A stretch of DNA of 64,000 nucleotides. Origin: Candidatus Multivoradales bacterium (GTDB lineage Bacteria; Acidobacteriota; Thermoanaerobaculia; Multivoradales; JAHEKO01). The notes beneath the pieces are model-generated. The model saw only the letters and a list, made by a program, of their open reading frames with translations. It did no database searches and was not told the DNA's origin. Of this stretch, positions 32,872 through 42,706 are shown piece after piece (position 1 is the stretch's first letter; every line of letters starts with the position of its first letter). Position numbers and translations under genes: made by a program. The DNA lies in assembly GCA_965248055.1 (NCBI GenBank), contig CBDFIJ010000004.1:768001-832000 (forward strand), in the 5' to 3' direction.

Positions 32872-33314
32872 TCACCACCACCGAGGTTGAGGTGCGCTAT
32901 GCCGAGACCGATCAAATGGGCGTGGTTCACCACGCCAACTATCTGGTGTGGTTCGAGTTGGCGCGTACTCACCATTGCCGCGCCCAAGGTATTGAGTACG
33001 CCGAGATCGAACGCCGAGGTTTTCTCTTGATGGTGGTCGGGGCCCAACTGCGCTACCGACGCTCGGCACACTACGGGGATCACATCCGCATCGAGTGTTC
33101 TACTGGACGGGTCGGCAGTCGTGGCGTCACGTTTGTCTACCGCGTGCTCAACGGCGATCAACTCTTGGCAACCGGCAGTACCAACCACATCTGGGTCTCC
33201 CGAGAAACCCGCAAACCGACCCGGATTCCGGATTTCGCACGACATCACTTCTTTCCCGAAGAGGCGCAATCTGACCCTGGGTCACAAGAGCCTAGAAACC
33301 GAGACGAAACTTGA
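32850..33314 (+). CDS. Acyl-CoA thioesterase (YbgC/4HBT family)
   Basis: VRYAETDQMGVVHHANYLVWFE. Confidence 0.93.
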   Translation: MATPETIVTTTEVEVRYAETDQMGVVHHANYLVWFELARTHHCRAQGIEYAEIERRGFLLMVVGAQLRYRRSAHYGDHIRIECSTGRVGSRGVTFVYRVLNGDQLLATGSTNHIWVSRETRKPTRIPDFARHHFFPEEAQSDPGSQEPRNRDET

Positions 33315-33316
33315 CC

Positions 33317-34507
33317 ATGCAACAACTTCGATTACTCACCGCAGGGGAGAGTCACGGTCCGGGGATGACCGCGATTCTGGAGGGGATTCCTTCCGGCGTC
33401 TCGATCGATCGTCAGGCCATCGAACATCAATTGGCGAGACGACAACACGGCTACGGTCGTGGTGCCCGGATGAAGATTGAAAATGATCAGTTCGAGATCC
33501 ACGGCGGGATTCGCGGCGGCTTGACCCTGGGATCACCCGTTTGTCTGTGGATCGCCAATCGGGATTTCGACAACTGGCGCCCGATGATGGACCCCGAACA
33601 GGTCGACCCCCAGCGCGCCGAGCAACGCAGGGTTCACTCCCCCCGCCCAGGACACGCGGATCTGGCTGGTGGTTTCAAGCACCTCAGCGGCGATCTACGC
33701 AACGTACTGGAACGCGCCTCTGCTCGGGAAACCGTGGCCCGGGTCGCGGCTGGAGCCATCGCGCGCGGACTGTTGTCCGACCTGGGAGTCGAGATCGCCA
33801 GCGGTGTGGTGTCATTGGGTCCGATCGGCAACCAGCGCTCGATCCCCTCTTGGCAAACCCTGCAATCGATGGACGACTCTTCTCCACTGCGCGCCGCCTA
33901 CCCAGAAGACGAAGCGGCGATGATCGAAACGGTCGACCAGGCCCAAGCAGACGGTGACACCCTGGGAGGCAGAGCGACCGTGTTGGTGCACAACCTGCCT
34001 CCCGGTTTGGGCAGCTACGCCCACTGGGACCGCAAGCTCGACGCCCTGCTCGCCCAAGCCTTGATGTCGATTCCGGCAGTCAAGGCCGTGTCCCTGGGAG
34101 ACGGAGTCGAGGTCGCTGGCTTGCCGGGCAGTCAGAGCCACGACCCCATCGAGCGAGTCGCAGACGGCGGGGTGCAAAGAAGCAGCAATCGTGCTGGCGG
34201 CCTGGAAGGTGGTGTCACCAACGGCTCGGATCTGTCTGCCACCATCCACATGAAACCGATATCGACTCTGCGGCAGGGCATGCCCTCGGTAGACCTCGAC
34301 ACTGGCAAGCCGCATACCTCGCAATACGAGCGCAGCGACGTCACAGCGTTGCCTGCCGCGGGGGTCATCGCTGAAGCCATGGTGGCCCTGGTCTTGGCCG
34401 ACGCCATGCTGGTCAAACTTGGCGGCGATTCGCTGGCCGAACTCCGCTCCCACCTGGAAGCCAGCCGACAACTACAGCGACAGTGGACCGAGCCACGAGA
34501 TTCCTAG
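33317..34507 (+). CDS. aroC: Chorismate synthase
   Basis: TAGESHG, RPGHADL, ERASARET, MKPISTL, ERSD. Confidence 0.97.
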   Translation: MQQLRLLTAGESHGPGMTAILEGIPSGVSIDRQAIEHQLARRQHGYGRGARMKIENDQFEIHGGIRGGLTLGSPVCLWIANRDFDNWRPMMDPEQVDPQRAEQRRVHSPRPGHADLAGGFKHLSGDLRNVLERASARETVARVAAGAIARGLLSDLGVEIASGVVSLGPIGNQRSIPSWQTLQSMDDSSPLRAAYPEDEAAMIETVDQAQADGDTLGGRATVLVHNLPPGLGSYAHWDRKLDALLAQALMSIPAVKAVSLGDGVEVAGLPGSQSHDPIERVADGGVQRSSNRAGGLEGGVTNGSDLSATIHMKPISTLRQGMPSVDLDTGKPHTSQYERSDVTALPAAGVIAEAMVALVLADAMLVKLGGDSLAELRSHLEASRQLQRQWTEPRDS

Positions 34508-34717
34508 CAATCCAGTCCGCCCCAGTCTGAATCCCAGTCTGGATTGCACCGCAGTGAGATCCCGGCTCCCCACACAGCGCCCGCCGGATGGCGAAGAGAG
34601 CGCCCCCAACCGGATAACAAGGACGAGAATTCGGTGTTCAAGAATCGGTTGCCGCTACCTGCCCCTGCCTCCAAGGTGGCGAAGCTGGACGCAACCAAGA
34701 CCAAGGAGCACTGAACC

Positions 34718-35236
34718 ATGACCTCAGCAACCCCCTATCGAGTCGTCGCCATCCCCACCTCGGTCGCCGACAGCGTGCGCACCACCCGTCAGTCTCCCTT
34801 CGCCGGGCACCCGACACACGTCGAAATCGCACAAGGTCATGGGCCCTGTCGACACTGCTTGCAGGAATTCCGAGTCGGAGAAGAACGGCGCATTCTATTC
34901 ACTCTAGATGAATTTTCCGGGCTCGAGCCTTACCCGCAACCCGGACCGGTGTTCATCCACGAGCAGCCCTGCGACCGCTACGCCGAGTGCGCCGAAATGC
35001 CCGAAGCACTGAAAGCGCATCCTCTCACTTTGGTGGCCTATGCCCGGGGTCGCGTCCTCCGCCAACAGGAACGGGTAGAGACTGGAGACTTTGACGAAGC
35101 ACTCGAACGTCTCCTGCAAAGAGAAGATGTCGACTACATCCACGTCCGGGATACCAGTGCTGGGTGTTTCGATCTGCGTATTGAGAAAACCGCGACCTCT
35201 AGCAGCGACAGCGAATCAGAAGCTACCTGCTGTTAA
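34718..35236 (+). CDS. DUF1203 family protein
   Basis: PCRHCL, PY...GPVFIH..C, YIHVR....GCF. Confidence 0.85.
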   Translation: MTSATPYRVVAIPTSVADSVRTTRQSPFAGHPTHVEIAQGHGPCRHCLQEFRVGEERRILFTLDEFSGLEPYPQPGPVFIHEQPCDRYAECAEMPEALKAHPLTLVAYARGRVLRQQERVETGDFDEALERLLQREDVDYIHVRDTSAGCFDLRIEKTATSSSDSESEATCC

Positions 35237-35454
35237 ACCCCAGTTTCGACCGGTCGCGCTGAGTTAAGAAGCCAACGCAGCCGAGCAATCAAACTTATTC
35301 ACCTGGCGCCTCTGTGGCTCTAGATCCCAGTGTCAAAATTGGTGCTGGAGAAATTGAGATCCTATATCTGATTTCCAACTGAGGGCTATACTCTGATCTC
35401 CCTGTAGGGGTGGACCGGCTGGGCGATCTCGCTCGGCCAACTCGAGGAGACAGG

Positions 35455-36555
35455 ATGAAACGTGCGTTGTTGCTCTGCGTGGTTAGCGTCGTAGCCGTCT
35501 TTCTTGCCAGTAGTGGACCTCTGGTGCTAGCGGATGAACCTGAACCGGTTCCCGGGTGGGAGGATTTTGTCCAACCGGTCCTGGACCAAGAGTCAGAAGG
35601 GGGCCTCGCCTTCTTTCCCGCAACTCACTCCGGCGGCAAAGTATCTGAGGTGCAAGATCCAGATGGTTATTTCGTCCATTTAGCTCCGGTTGCCGAACGA
35701 GGAAAGGAGCTCGTCTTTCCTGCCGGCGTGCCGTTCAAACCTCCCTCAGGACGCGTCAATATTTGGCTGGAGTCTGAGTGGAACATGACGCCACGCCCGG
35801 ACTTGGTCGTGATCGGTGGTCGTTGGCCAGCGGAACATAAAGCATCGGCCAGGACCATACAACACGCCCCCGCTGGACGCATCGATGTTGCCGTAGACAG
35901 AGAAGTCGGCGCCGACCTCGACCTGTGGCTGCTGTATACGGGAGCGACACTCGAGAAAGTTGAGCTGTCGCGATGGAGTGAAGTCAACAAGCTGGATGGC
36001 GGCCTTCTCATGCCTCCTGGGCTGGTAGTAGCAGGGCTGTGGAACCGTCGGGAAGAGAGTTGGACAGCTCTGAGTCAGCCGTTTCAAGTAGCTGCCGAGA
36101 AGACCATTTCGGCGCCGCTGAAACTCCCCAATCTCGAAGAATCCTGGCTCAAGGTGTACCTCAAGCGGTCCGGACGCGAGTCACTAGACGGGCTGACCCT
36201 GAGCCTGTCGCAAAACGACGTCGAGCACGCGCCCGACTTCATGCACATGACCACGTGGGGCGTCCACGCCATCTGGAATGGCCTTGAGCCTGGGGCCTCC
36301 ACCCTCATTGCTGGCAACTCGGAGGTTTACCATGCACCCCAAGCGATCGAGCTAAGCGGAGCGGCGATCGAGCACTTCGACGGAACGCTGGTGAAAAGAC
36401 CCCGGTTGCGGGCCAACTTGAGGCTCCCCTCTTCAGTCCGAGAAGAACCACTTGAGCCTAAAGTTCTTCTAGGGCGTGTTAACACTATGGGTAACATCTA
36501 CGATGAGTGCGAAGTATATGAAGAATGTGAAGATTACGTCCTAAAGTTCTTCTAA
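35455..36555 (+). pseudogene. Exported hypothetical protein, probably 3'-truncated near 36456
   Basis: Signal peptide MKRALLLCVV...VLA; the last about 30 codons come from an AT-rich segment flanked by direct repeats. Confidence 0.55.
36457..36554. repeat. 15-bp direct repeat CCTAAAGTTCTTCTA flanking a 68-bp insert
   Basis: Exact copies at 36457-36471 and 36540-36554. Confidence 0.85.
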
Positions 36556-36836
36556 GGTTCCACCCGATTTCTGCGAGGTCATGCGGCGCCCAACCGTGGC
36601 GTCCCTCAAACACCTCGAATCGATGAGCAGAGCCGACTTGGTGCAGGTGCTGCTCTAACGCCATCATCTCCTGGTAGTTGAAGTCAGCGTCACCGGTAAT
36701 TCCGTAATAGGCAAAAGGCACGGTATCTTCCGGCGGCCCGTGGCTGCTGACCTGGACCCCGCCAGCACAGGCAATCACCGCGGCCAGTCGACCCTCCAAG
36801 GCTTGACCAAACATCCAACTGGTGTGCGCAGTGCCA
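36555..36836 (-). pseudogene. Internal fragment of an alpha/beta-hydrolase (esterase-like)
   Basis: VIACAGG, ITGDADFNYQEM, FEGRHGWAP; N-terminus cut at the IS110 left end. Confidence 0.65.
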
Positions 36837-36842
36837 GTGCCA

Positions 36843-38144
36843 GATGAGATGAGTCGGTCGGTCTCCAAGCTGGGACAATGTGCCAGTTTGGATCAACCAA
36901 AGAAATCGGCATCTAGCCGAGAAAGGAGACCGACCATGGAGTATCTTGGCATTGACGTTCACTCAAAGTACAGCGAGGTATGTGGGATATCTCAGGAGGG
37001 TGAGGTGACGGTTCGTCGTCGGATTTCGACGACGGAGACGTCGATCCGTGGGTTCTTCGGTTCTCGTGAGCGTGCACAAGTGACGCTGGAGAGCGGTCCG
37101 GTGACGCCGTGGGTATATCGGTTGCTGTGTGATCTAGGTCATGCGGTAACGGTAGTCAATCCCCGGCGAGTGCGTTTGATTGCCGAATCGACACTAAAGA
37201 CCGACGGCATTGATGCCGAGGTTTTAGCTCGGCTGAGCCGATTAGACCTGGGGTTTCTGCGTCCGGTGTATCAGCGAAGCCCTGAGGCCCAGGAGCTTCG
37301 CACTCGTTTACGGGTGCGATCGGCTCTGGTTAAGTCTCGGACTTCGTTGATCAACGCGGTACGTGGGACTCTGCGTGCTCAGGGCTACCGGATGCCTTCG
37401 TGTGCAGCCAAGATTTTCATGGTGCGTTACGAATCGATGGGATTCGATTCGGGAGTATCAGAGGCCCTGGCTCCCTTGGTATCGACGATCGGTGAGCTGT
37501 CGGATCGGATCTGTGAGCTAGAGAATGACCTGAAAGCTCAAGCAAGTACCGATGAGCTTCTCGTTCGTCTGCAGACAGTGCCCGGGGTAGGGCCTCTGGT
37601 GAGCTTGGCTTTTGCCGGCTGGGTAGACAATCCAGATCGGTTTCAAAAGAGTCGAGATGTTGGAGCATGCCTGGGCTTGAGGCCCTCGCTTCGCAGCTCA
37701 GGAGGGCATGAGATCCGTGGCCGGATCACTCGGGAGGGGGATAGCGAGATGCGCCGACTCCTGGTCCAGGCTGCGCATGCATCTTTACAGTGTCACAAGG
37801 ACTCAGCGCTCAAGCGCTGGGGTGAGGGTTTGGTGGCAAGGCTAGGTAAGAGCAAAGCAGTGGTAGCGCTGGCTAGAAAGATCGGAGTCCTACTGCATAG
37901 GTTGTGGGTCACAAACGAGAATTTCCAGCCGTTTCCACAAGCCACATAAGCGAGGATTCGAAGTAAGAAAGCAAGAGAAATCAGTCATGAGTTTCAAAGG
38001 ACGGATGAAAAGTTTCGATGACTCCGATAAATGGGTTGGAGGCTGGGACTCCGCGTGCCAGATGGGAGCATCGAATTTCCTCAACAGACGGAAAACCCTA
38101 TCTGCCAACGTAGCTGAGACACTTGGCCCCCTGATAATTAGAGG
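36843..38144 (+). mobile_element. IS110-family element with about 190-nt non-coding right end; boundaries approximate
   Basis: Transposase plus non-coding flanks, lying between two unrelated gene fragments. Confidence 0.7.
36936..37949 (+). CDS. IS110-family transposase/recombinase
   Basis: DEDD motifs GIDVH, LESG, KTDGIDA; VPGVGP; GLRPS.RSSG (catalytic Ser); LARK. Confidence 0.95.
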   Translation: MEYLGIDVHSKYSEVCGISQEGEVTVRRRISTTETSIRGFFGSRERAQVTLESGPVTPWVYRLLCDLGHAVTVVNPRRVRLIAESTLKTDGIDAEVLARLSRLDLGFLRPVYQRSPEAQELRTRLRVRSALVKSRTSLINAVRGTLRAQGYRMPSCAAKIFMVRYESMGFDSGVSEALAPLVSTIGELSDRICELENDLKAQASTDELLVRLQTVPGVGPLVSLAFAGWVDNPDRFQKSRDVGACLGLRPSLRSSGGHEIRGRITREGDSEMRRLLVQAAHASLQCHKDSALKRWGEGLVARLGKSKAVVALARKIGVLLHRLWVTNENFQPFPQAT

Positions 38145-38449
38145 GCGGAAGGACTTCTGCCGCTCGTTTTTCCGCTGGTACAACACCCAGCACCGTCACG
38201 CCGGCATCGCCATGCTGACACCCGAAGATGTCCACTACGGCAAGGCCGACCACAAGCTCAAGATCCGTCAACTGGCCCTCGATAAAGCCTGGCGAAACAA
38301 CCCGCAGCGCTTTGTCCGAGGAAGACCGACCATTCAGCTATTACCGAGGGCCGTCTGGATCAACCCACCCAAACATCAGCGCACCAAGGAGGTTGTCCCG
38401 ATTCACTAATTAATTCTGCCAACTGTCTCAAAGTTGTTGACAGGTTCCG
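38145..38449 (+). mobile_element. IS3-family transposase C-terminal fragment and right end
   Basis: FFRWYNTQHRHAGIAMLTPEDVHYG...PQRFVRG...VWINPP; terminal TGTCTCAAAGTTGTTGACAGGTTCCG. Confidence 0.8.
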
Positions 38450-39046
38450 GGTTTCGCCGAAGCGCGCACTCATCTGTGGGATCGACACACGGGAAATCAT
38501 CGTCTGCAAGGAGAGACCGCCGACGGCCAGAGCTACCTGGTGCTGCATAGTCTTGCCGACCAAGGCCAGGGCGCGGGCCAGGTGTTCATCGACGGCTCGC
38601 CCGAAGAAGCTGAGGACGTCAAAGCTAAGTTCTTGACTAGAGCCTACGGTGCTTGGGTCAACGACACCTACTGGTTATTGATGCCCTACAAACTGCTTGA
38701 CCCCGGCGTCGAATTGCAAGACCTCGGCACGGTCACCCTCGACGGCCACCACTACACCAAACTCGGTCTCAGTTTCGGCAGTGTAGGACTCACTCCAGGA
38801 GACCGCTACTGGGCATATGTCGATCAAACCAGCAACTTGGTCACCCGGTGGCAGTACATCCTTGAAAACCAAGATCCAGACTCAGCGCCCACCACTTGGA
38901 CTTGGGGCAACTGGCAACGCCACGGCCAGGTGTTGCTCTCCGACACTCGCACAGAACTCAGCGGCGACGGTGCAGGTCGCGTGCTGAGTCTGGCTCCGAT
39001 CCAGGTTCTAGACACTGTTGACCCTTCGCTCTTTGAGGCCCCCTAA
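38450..39046 (+). pseudogene. 5'-truncated exported protein (DUF6503-like), paralogous in style to the next gene
   Basis: Frame stays open back to the IS3 end (GFAEARTHLWDRHTG...); NDTYWLLMPYKLLDPGV, VGLTPGDRYW. Confidence 0.65.
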
Positions 39047-39150
39047 GAGCAACCGAGGTTGATCGAGCACCTCTCGACCGGCTCATCGGTCAAACTACTT
39101 CGGTCTGTCTGCCGTAGGTTCTTGCGGGAGGAGGTGCAGCGACCCGGCCC

Positions 39151-40014
39151 ATGAAGGAAAACTCGATGAAAAAATATCTGTACATCGCCATCGCAGCCTT
39201 GTCGATCTTGACCGTGTCCTCTAGTGCGGGGTCAGGCCCGCACTATGCGAGCCCTGAGACCCAAGAGATTATCGACGCCATGGTCGCCGCCCACGGCGGT
39301 CTCGACGCATGGAACTCTGCCTCGGTCATCAGCTTCGACAACACCATGTTCAACCCGTTTGCCGGGGATGGCGACAATCCCTGGTGGTACACCCACGAGA
39401 CCATCGAACAGGGCAGCCGCAAAGCGGTTCAAGATTGGCCACTCAACAACGCCACCCTGGTCTATGACGGTGAAGCCACCTGGACCACCGGCTGGAACAT
39501 GAGCAACCCACCCAAGTTCATGGTCCACTTCTTCTACTACTTTGTCGGCCTGCCTTGGTTGACCCAAGACAGCAATACCCAGCTCGGCGCTCCCGAACCG
39601 GGCAGACTTCCCGGAGTTGACCAGGATTTGGTGACCATCACCATGACCTTCTCTGAAGCCCCGAGCGTCGGCAAAACCGCCCTCGATTCGTTCAAGCTCT
39701 ACATCGACCCCGACAGTCACCTCTTGCGCGGCTACGAGTACTCCATTGGCTATGGCGCCATGCTCGACCTTTTCGGCGTTCCCGAGGGTCAAGTCTTCGG
39801 CCCGATGTTGCGGGTACACGACGACTTTGCCGAGGTCGACGGCCTAACGGTGCCGATTCGATTCCACACCATGGCGGCTGACGGTTCGGCCACTTACGGC
39901 TATCACATCCTGACCAACTACTCGTTTAGCGACTCCTTTGATCAGGATCGCCTGCATCGTCCAGCCGACGCGATCGTCGATCAGTCTTCAGCAGAGCGAG
40001 CAGCAACAGGCTAG
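39151..40014 (+). CDS. Exported hypothetical protein (DUF6503-like)
   Basis: Signal peptide, AHGGLDAW, YFVGLPW, LYIDP. Confidence 0.7.
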   Translation: MKENSMKKYLYIAIAALSILTVSSSAGSGPHYASPETQEIIDAMVAAHGGLDAWNSASVISFDNTMFNPFAGDGDNPWWYTHETIEQGSRKAVQDWPLNNATLVYDGEATWTTGWNMSNPPKFMVHFFYYFVGLPWLTQDSNTQLGAPEPGRLPGVDQDLVTITMTFSEAPSVGKTALDSFKLYIDPDSHLLRGYEYSIGYGAMLDLFGVPEGQVFGPMLRVHDDFAEVDGLTVPIRFHTMAADGSATYGYHILTNYSFSDSFDQDRLHRPADAIVDQSSAERAATG

Positions 40015-40068
40015 TTCTATATCCTTCGACGACCTGCTTGCGCGGGACGAACAAACGGAGAGCACACC

Positions 40069-41271
40069 ATGCCAGAAATTGACGCGTCGACCAACGTTCG
40101 TTCCGCCAGCAGCCTCTCGGTCGATGTCGAGCAGGCAACTCGAGATCGCTACGCTCAGGCTTCATCTCAGGTTGAGACCGAGCTGTGTTGTGCAAACGAC
40201 GGTTATCCGGCGGAACTTCTCGACAACGTCCCCGCAGCAATCCGCCAGATCGACTACGGCTGTGGTGACCCGACTCGTTGGGCGCAACCGGGCGACAGAG
40301 TACTCGACCTGGGCTCGGGCTCGGGCAAGCACTGCTACCTGCTGGCTCAATTGGTTGGTTCCGAGGGCAAGGTGGTCGGCGTCGACTTCAACCCGCCAAT
40401 GTTGCAACTTGCTCGCTCTGGCCTCGATGAATTCACAGCCACCACCGGGCTCTCTAATGTTGAATTTGTTAAAGGTCGTATCCAAGACCTGGCGTTGAAC
40501 CTCGAATCCGTCGACACTTGGCTAGCCGACAATCCGGTCGCAGATACCGTTTCCATGGCCACCCTGGAGGCCGAACTTGATCGACTGCGTTGCACCACTC
40601 CCTTGATCGCCACCGACTCGATCGATTTGATCGTCTCCAATTGCGTTCTCAACCTAGCTCGGGATCAAGAAAAGCCAGCGCTCTTTGCCGAAATGTTCCG
40701 CGTCCTGCGGCGAGGTGGGCGCTGTGTGATTAGCGACATCGTGAGTGACGAAGAGGTCCCGGAAAACCTCAAGAACGACTCGCAACTCTGGAGTGGCTGC
40801 ATATCCGGCGCGATGACGGAGACCGGATTTCTCCGGGCCTTCGAGCGTGCTGGATTTCACGGCATCGAGATCTTTGAACGGAACGAACAACCGTGGCAAA
40901 CCGTTGAAGGGATCGAATTCCGTTCAGTGACGGTGCGCGCATTCCAAGGCAAGCAGGGCCCGTGCATCGAAAAGAATCAAGCCGTGATCTACCGAGGCCC
41001 GTGGAAGCAAGTCCACGACGACGACGGTCACGTCTACCCTCGTGGCGAGCGAGTCGCGGTATGTGAAAAAACCTTGGGCATCCTCACCGGTGAGACCTAC
41101 CGCGACCACATATTTGCGGTGGAACCGCTACAGCCGGTAGATGACCAGCAAACTCAACCCTTCGACTGCTCGCGAACCATCCTTCGCCACCCACGCGAAA
41201 CAAAGGGCCTCGACTACCAGGTCACCACGGATCCTTGCGCCACCTGCGGCCCAGGATCAGACTGCTGTTGA
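40069..41271 (+). CDS. ArsM-like SAM-dependent methyltransferase with C-terminal extension
   Basis: LCC, YGCGDP, VLDLGSGSG, SNCVLNL, WSGCISGA, C-terminal CC. Confidence 0.85.
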   Translation: MPEIDASTNVRSASSLSVDVEQATRDRYAQASSQVETELCCANDGYPAELLDNVPAAIRQIDYGCGDPTRWAQPGDRVLDLGSGSGKHCYLLAQLVGSEGKVVGVDFNPPMLQLARSGLDEFTATTGLSNVEFVKGRIQDLALNLESVDTWLADNPVADTVSMATLEAELDRLRCTTPLIATDSIDLIVSNCVLNLARDQEKPALFAEMFRVLRRGGRCVISDIVSDEEVPENLKNDSQLWSGCISGAMTETGFLRAFERAGFHGIEIFERNEQPWQTVEGIEFRSVTVRAFQGKQGPCIEKNQAVIYRGPWKQVHDDDGHVYPRGERVAVCEKTLGILTGETYRDHIFAVEPLQPVDDQQTQPFDCSRTILRHPRETKGLDYQVTTDPCATCGPGSDCC

Positions 41272-41310
41272 CCCAAGTAAACATCTTTGGTGCGTTTTCG
41301 AAGTGAAGGA

Positions 41311-42621
41311 CTATTTCTTTCTGTTCAGATGCGCTCGCACCCATTCCATAGCGTCCTCACGAGTCGCTAAATCACCTTGTCGACTGCGTTCTTGAATCTC
41401 CTTCATTAGCCGACCAAGCTCCGGTCCGGGTGGGATCCCCAGTTCGATCAGGTCGTTGCCGGTGATCAGCGGAGCCGGATCGGGTGGTTGCCTGCGCAAT
41501 TCTCCCAGCAAACGGACTGCATCTTTGACTTCCTTCAAGTTACCGCTGGCGGCAAGACGGTCGCAGATGTTCAGAACCAACAGCCGATCAGCATCAGCGG
41601 ATTGCACCAGAGTTCTTGCGGTCTCCGCACGCATTTCTGGAAACGACTGCAGCCGCATGTGGTGGGCGATCAACCAAACGACGCTGTCCACGATGCTGGT
41701 CTTGTACTTCAGTCTACGCAGGTCCTCGCGGGCGATATCGGCGCTCACCAATTCATGTCCGTAAAAGGTGATTTTGCCGTCGCGCACCGCCTTGGTTGAC
41801 GCTTTTCCGGTGTCGTGCAGCAAGATCGCCAGTAGGGTCTCAAGGTCTTGAACCCCCAACGCATCAGCATGGCTCATCGCCATCACTGTGTGGGTCCAAA
41901 CGTCCCCTTCTGGATGAAACTCGGCGCCTTGCTCGACTTCGCTCAAGCCCTCGAGCGAAGGAAGCACCGCGTCCAAGATCCCCAATCTCTTCATCAGGTC
42001 ACAACCATAGGACGCCCGGCCACTGATCAAGATCTTGGTGAGTTCGGCAGAAATGCGTTCGCCAGGTTCGTCCGCCAATTTGCTGGCGTTGGCCGCAATC
42101 GCCGAGGCGGTTGGCGAATCGAGGTGAAAGCCCAGCTGGCTGGCGAAACGGACGCCCCTGAGCATGCGAATATGATCTTCAGTAAATCTCTCGTGCGGAT
42201 CGCCGACGGTGCGAACGAGCTTTCTGCGCAGGTCCTCGCGGCCCCCTTGGGGGTCAAGAAGTTCACCACCCTCACTCTCATAGATCGCGTTGATGGTGAA
42301 GTCACGGCGTTTGGAGTCTTCCACTGCCGAATCCGCATACTCGATCTCGCTCGGATGACGGCCGTCTCGATACGCGGACTCAGTGCGAAAAGTCGCGACC
42401 TCAACCGGTGTGCCGAAGTCTTTGACCAAACACACGCCAAACGCCTTGCCGATGTCGATGACGTGGTCGAAAACCTCTCGGATCTGATCCGGAGTTGCCG
42501 AAGTGGCTATGTCAATCTCCCCAGGCTCGCGACCCAACAACGCATCGCGAACCGCACCGCCGACAAAATAGGTGTCGTACAAGCGGAGTCGATCACGGAT
42601 TTCGGTTGCTGCTTTCAACAT
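41311..42621 (-). CDS. cca: CCA tRNA nucleotidyltransferase with HD domain
   Basis: VGGAVRD, RRDFTINA, ED..RMLR, HPEGDVWTHT, LLHDTGK. Confidence 0.9.
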   Translation of the reverse strand: MLKAATEIRDRLRLYDTYFVGGAVRDALLGREPGEIDIATSATPDQIREVFDHVIDIGKAFGVCLVKDFGTPVEVATFRTESAYRDGRHPSEIEYADSAVEDSKRRDFTINAIYESEGGELLDPQGGREDLRRKLVRTVGDPHERFTEDHIRMLRGVRFASQLGFHLDSPTASAIAANASKLADEPGERISAELTKILISGRASYGCDLMKRLGILDAVLPSLEGLSEVEQGAEFHPEGDVWTHTVMAMSHADALGVQDLETLLAILLHDTGKASTKAVRDGKITFYGHELVSADIAREDLRRLKYKTSIVDSVVWLIAHHMRLQSFPEMRAETARTLVQSADADRLLVLNICDRLAASGNLKEVKDAVRLLGELRRQPPDPAPLITGNDLIELGIPPGPELGRLMKEIQERSRQGDLATREDAMEWVRAHLNRKK

Positions 42622-42706
42622 TACCGTTCTCTAGGAGTCTGCGTCTTCACCCTCCAATAGTGACACGCAACCAAGCGATTCACCCCGACAGCAGGTGCAA
42701 AGGTTA

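Noticed and set aside
36457-36554. Repeat-spacer-repeat as a mini-CRISPR
   Set aside because: Only two 15-bp non-palindromic repeats with a 68-bp spacer, and no cas genes in the window.
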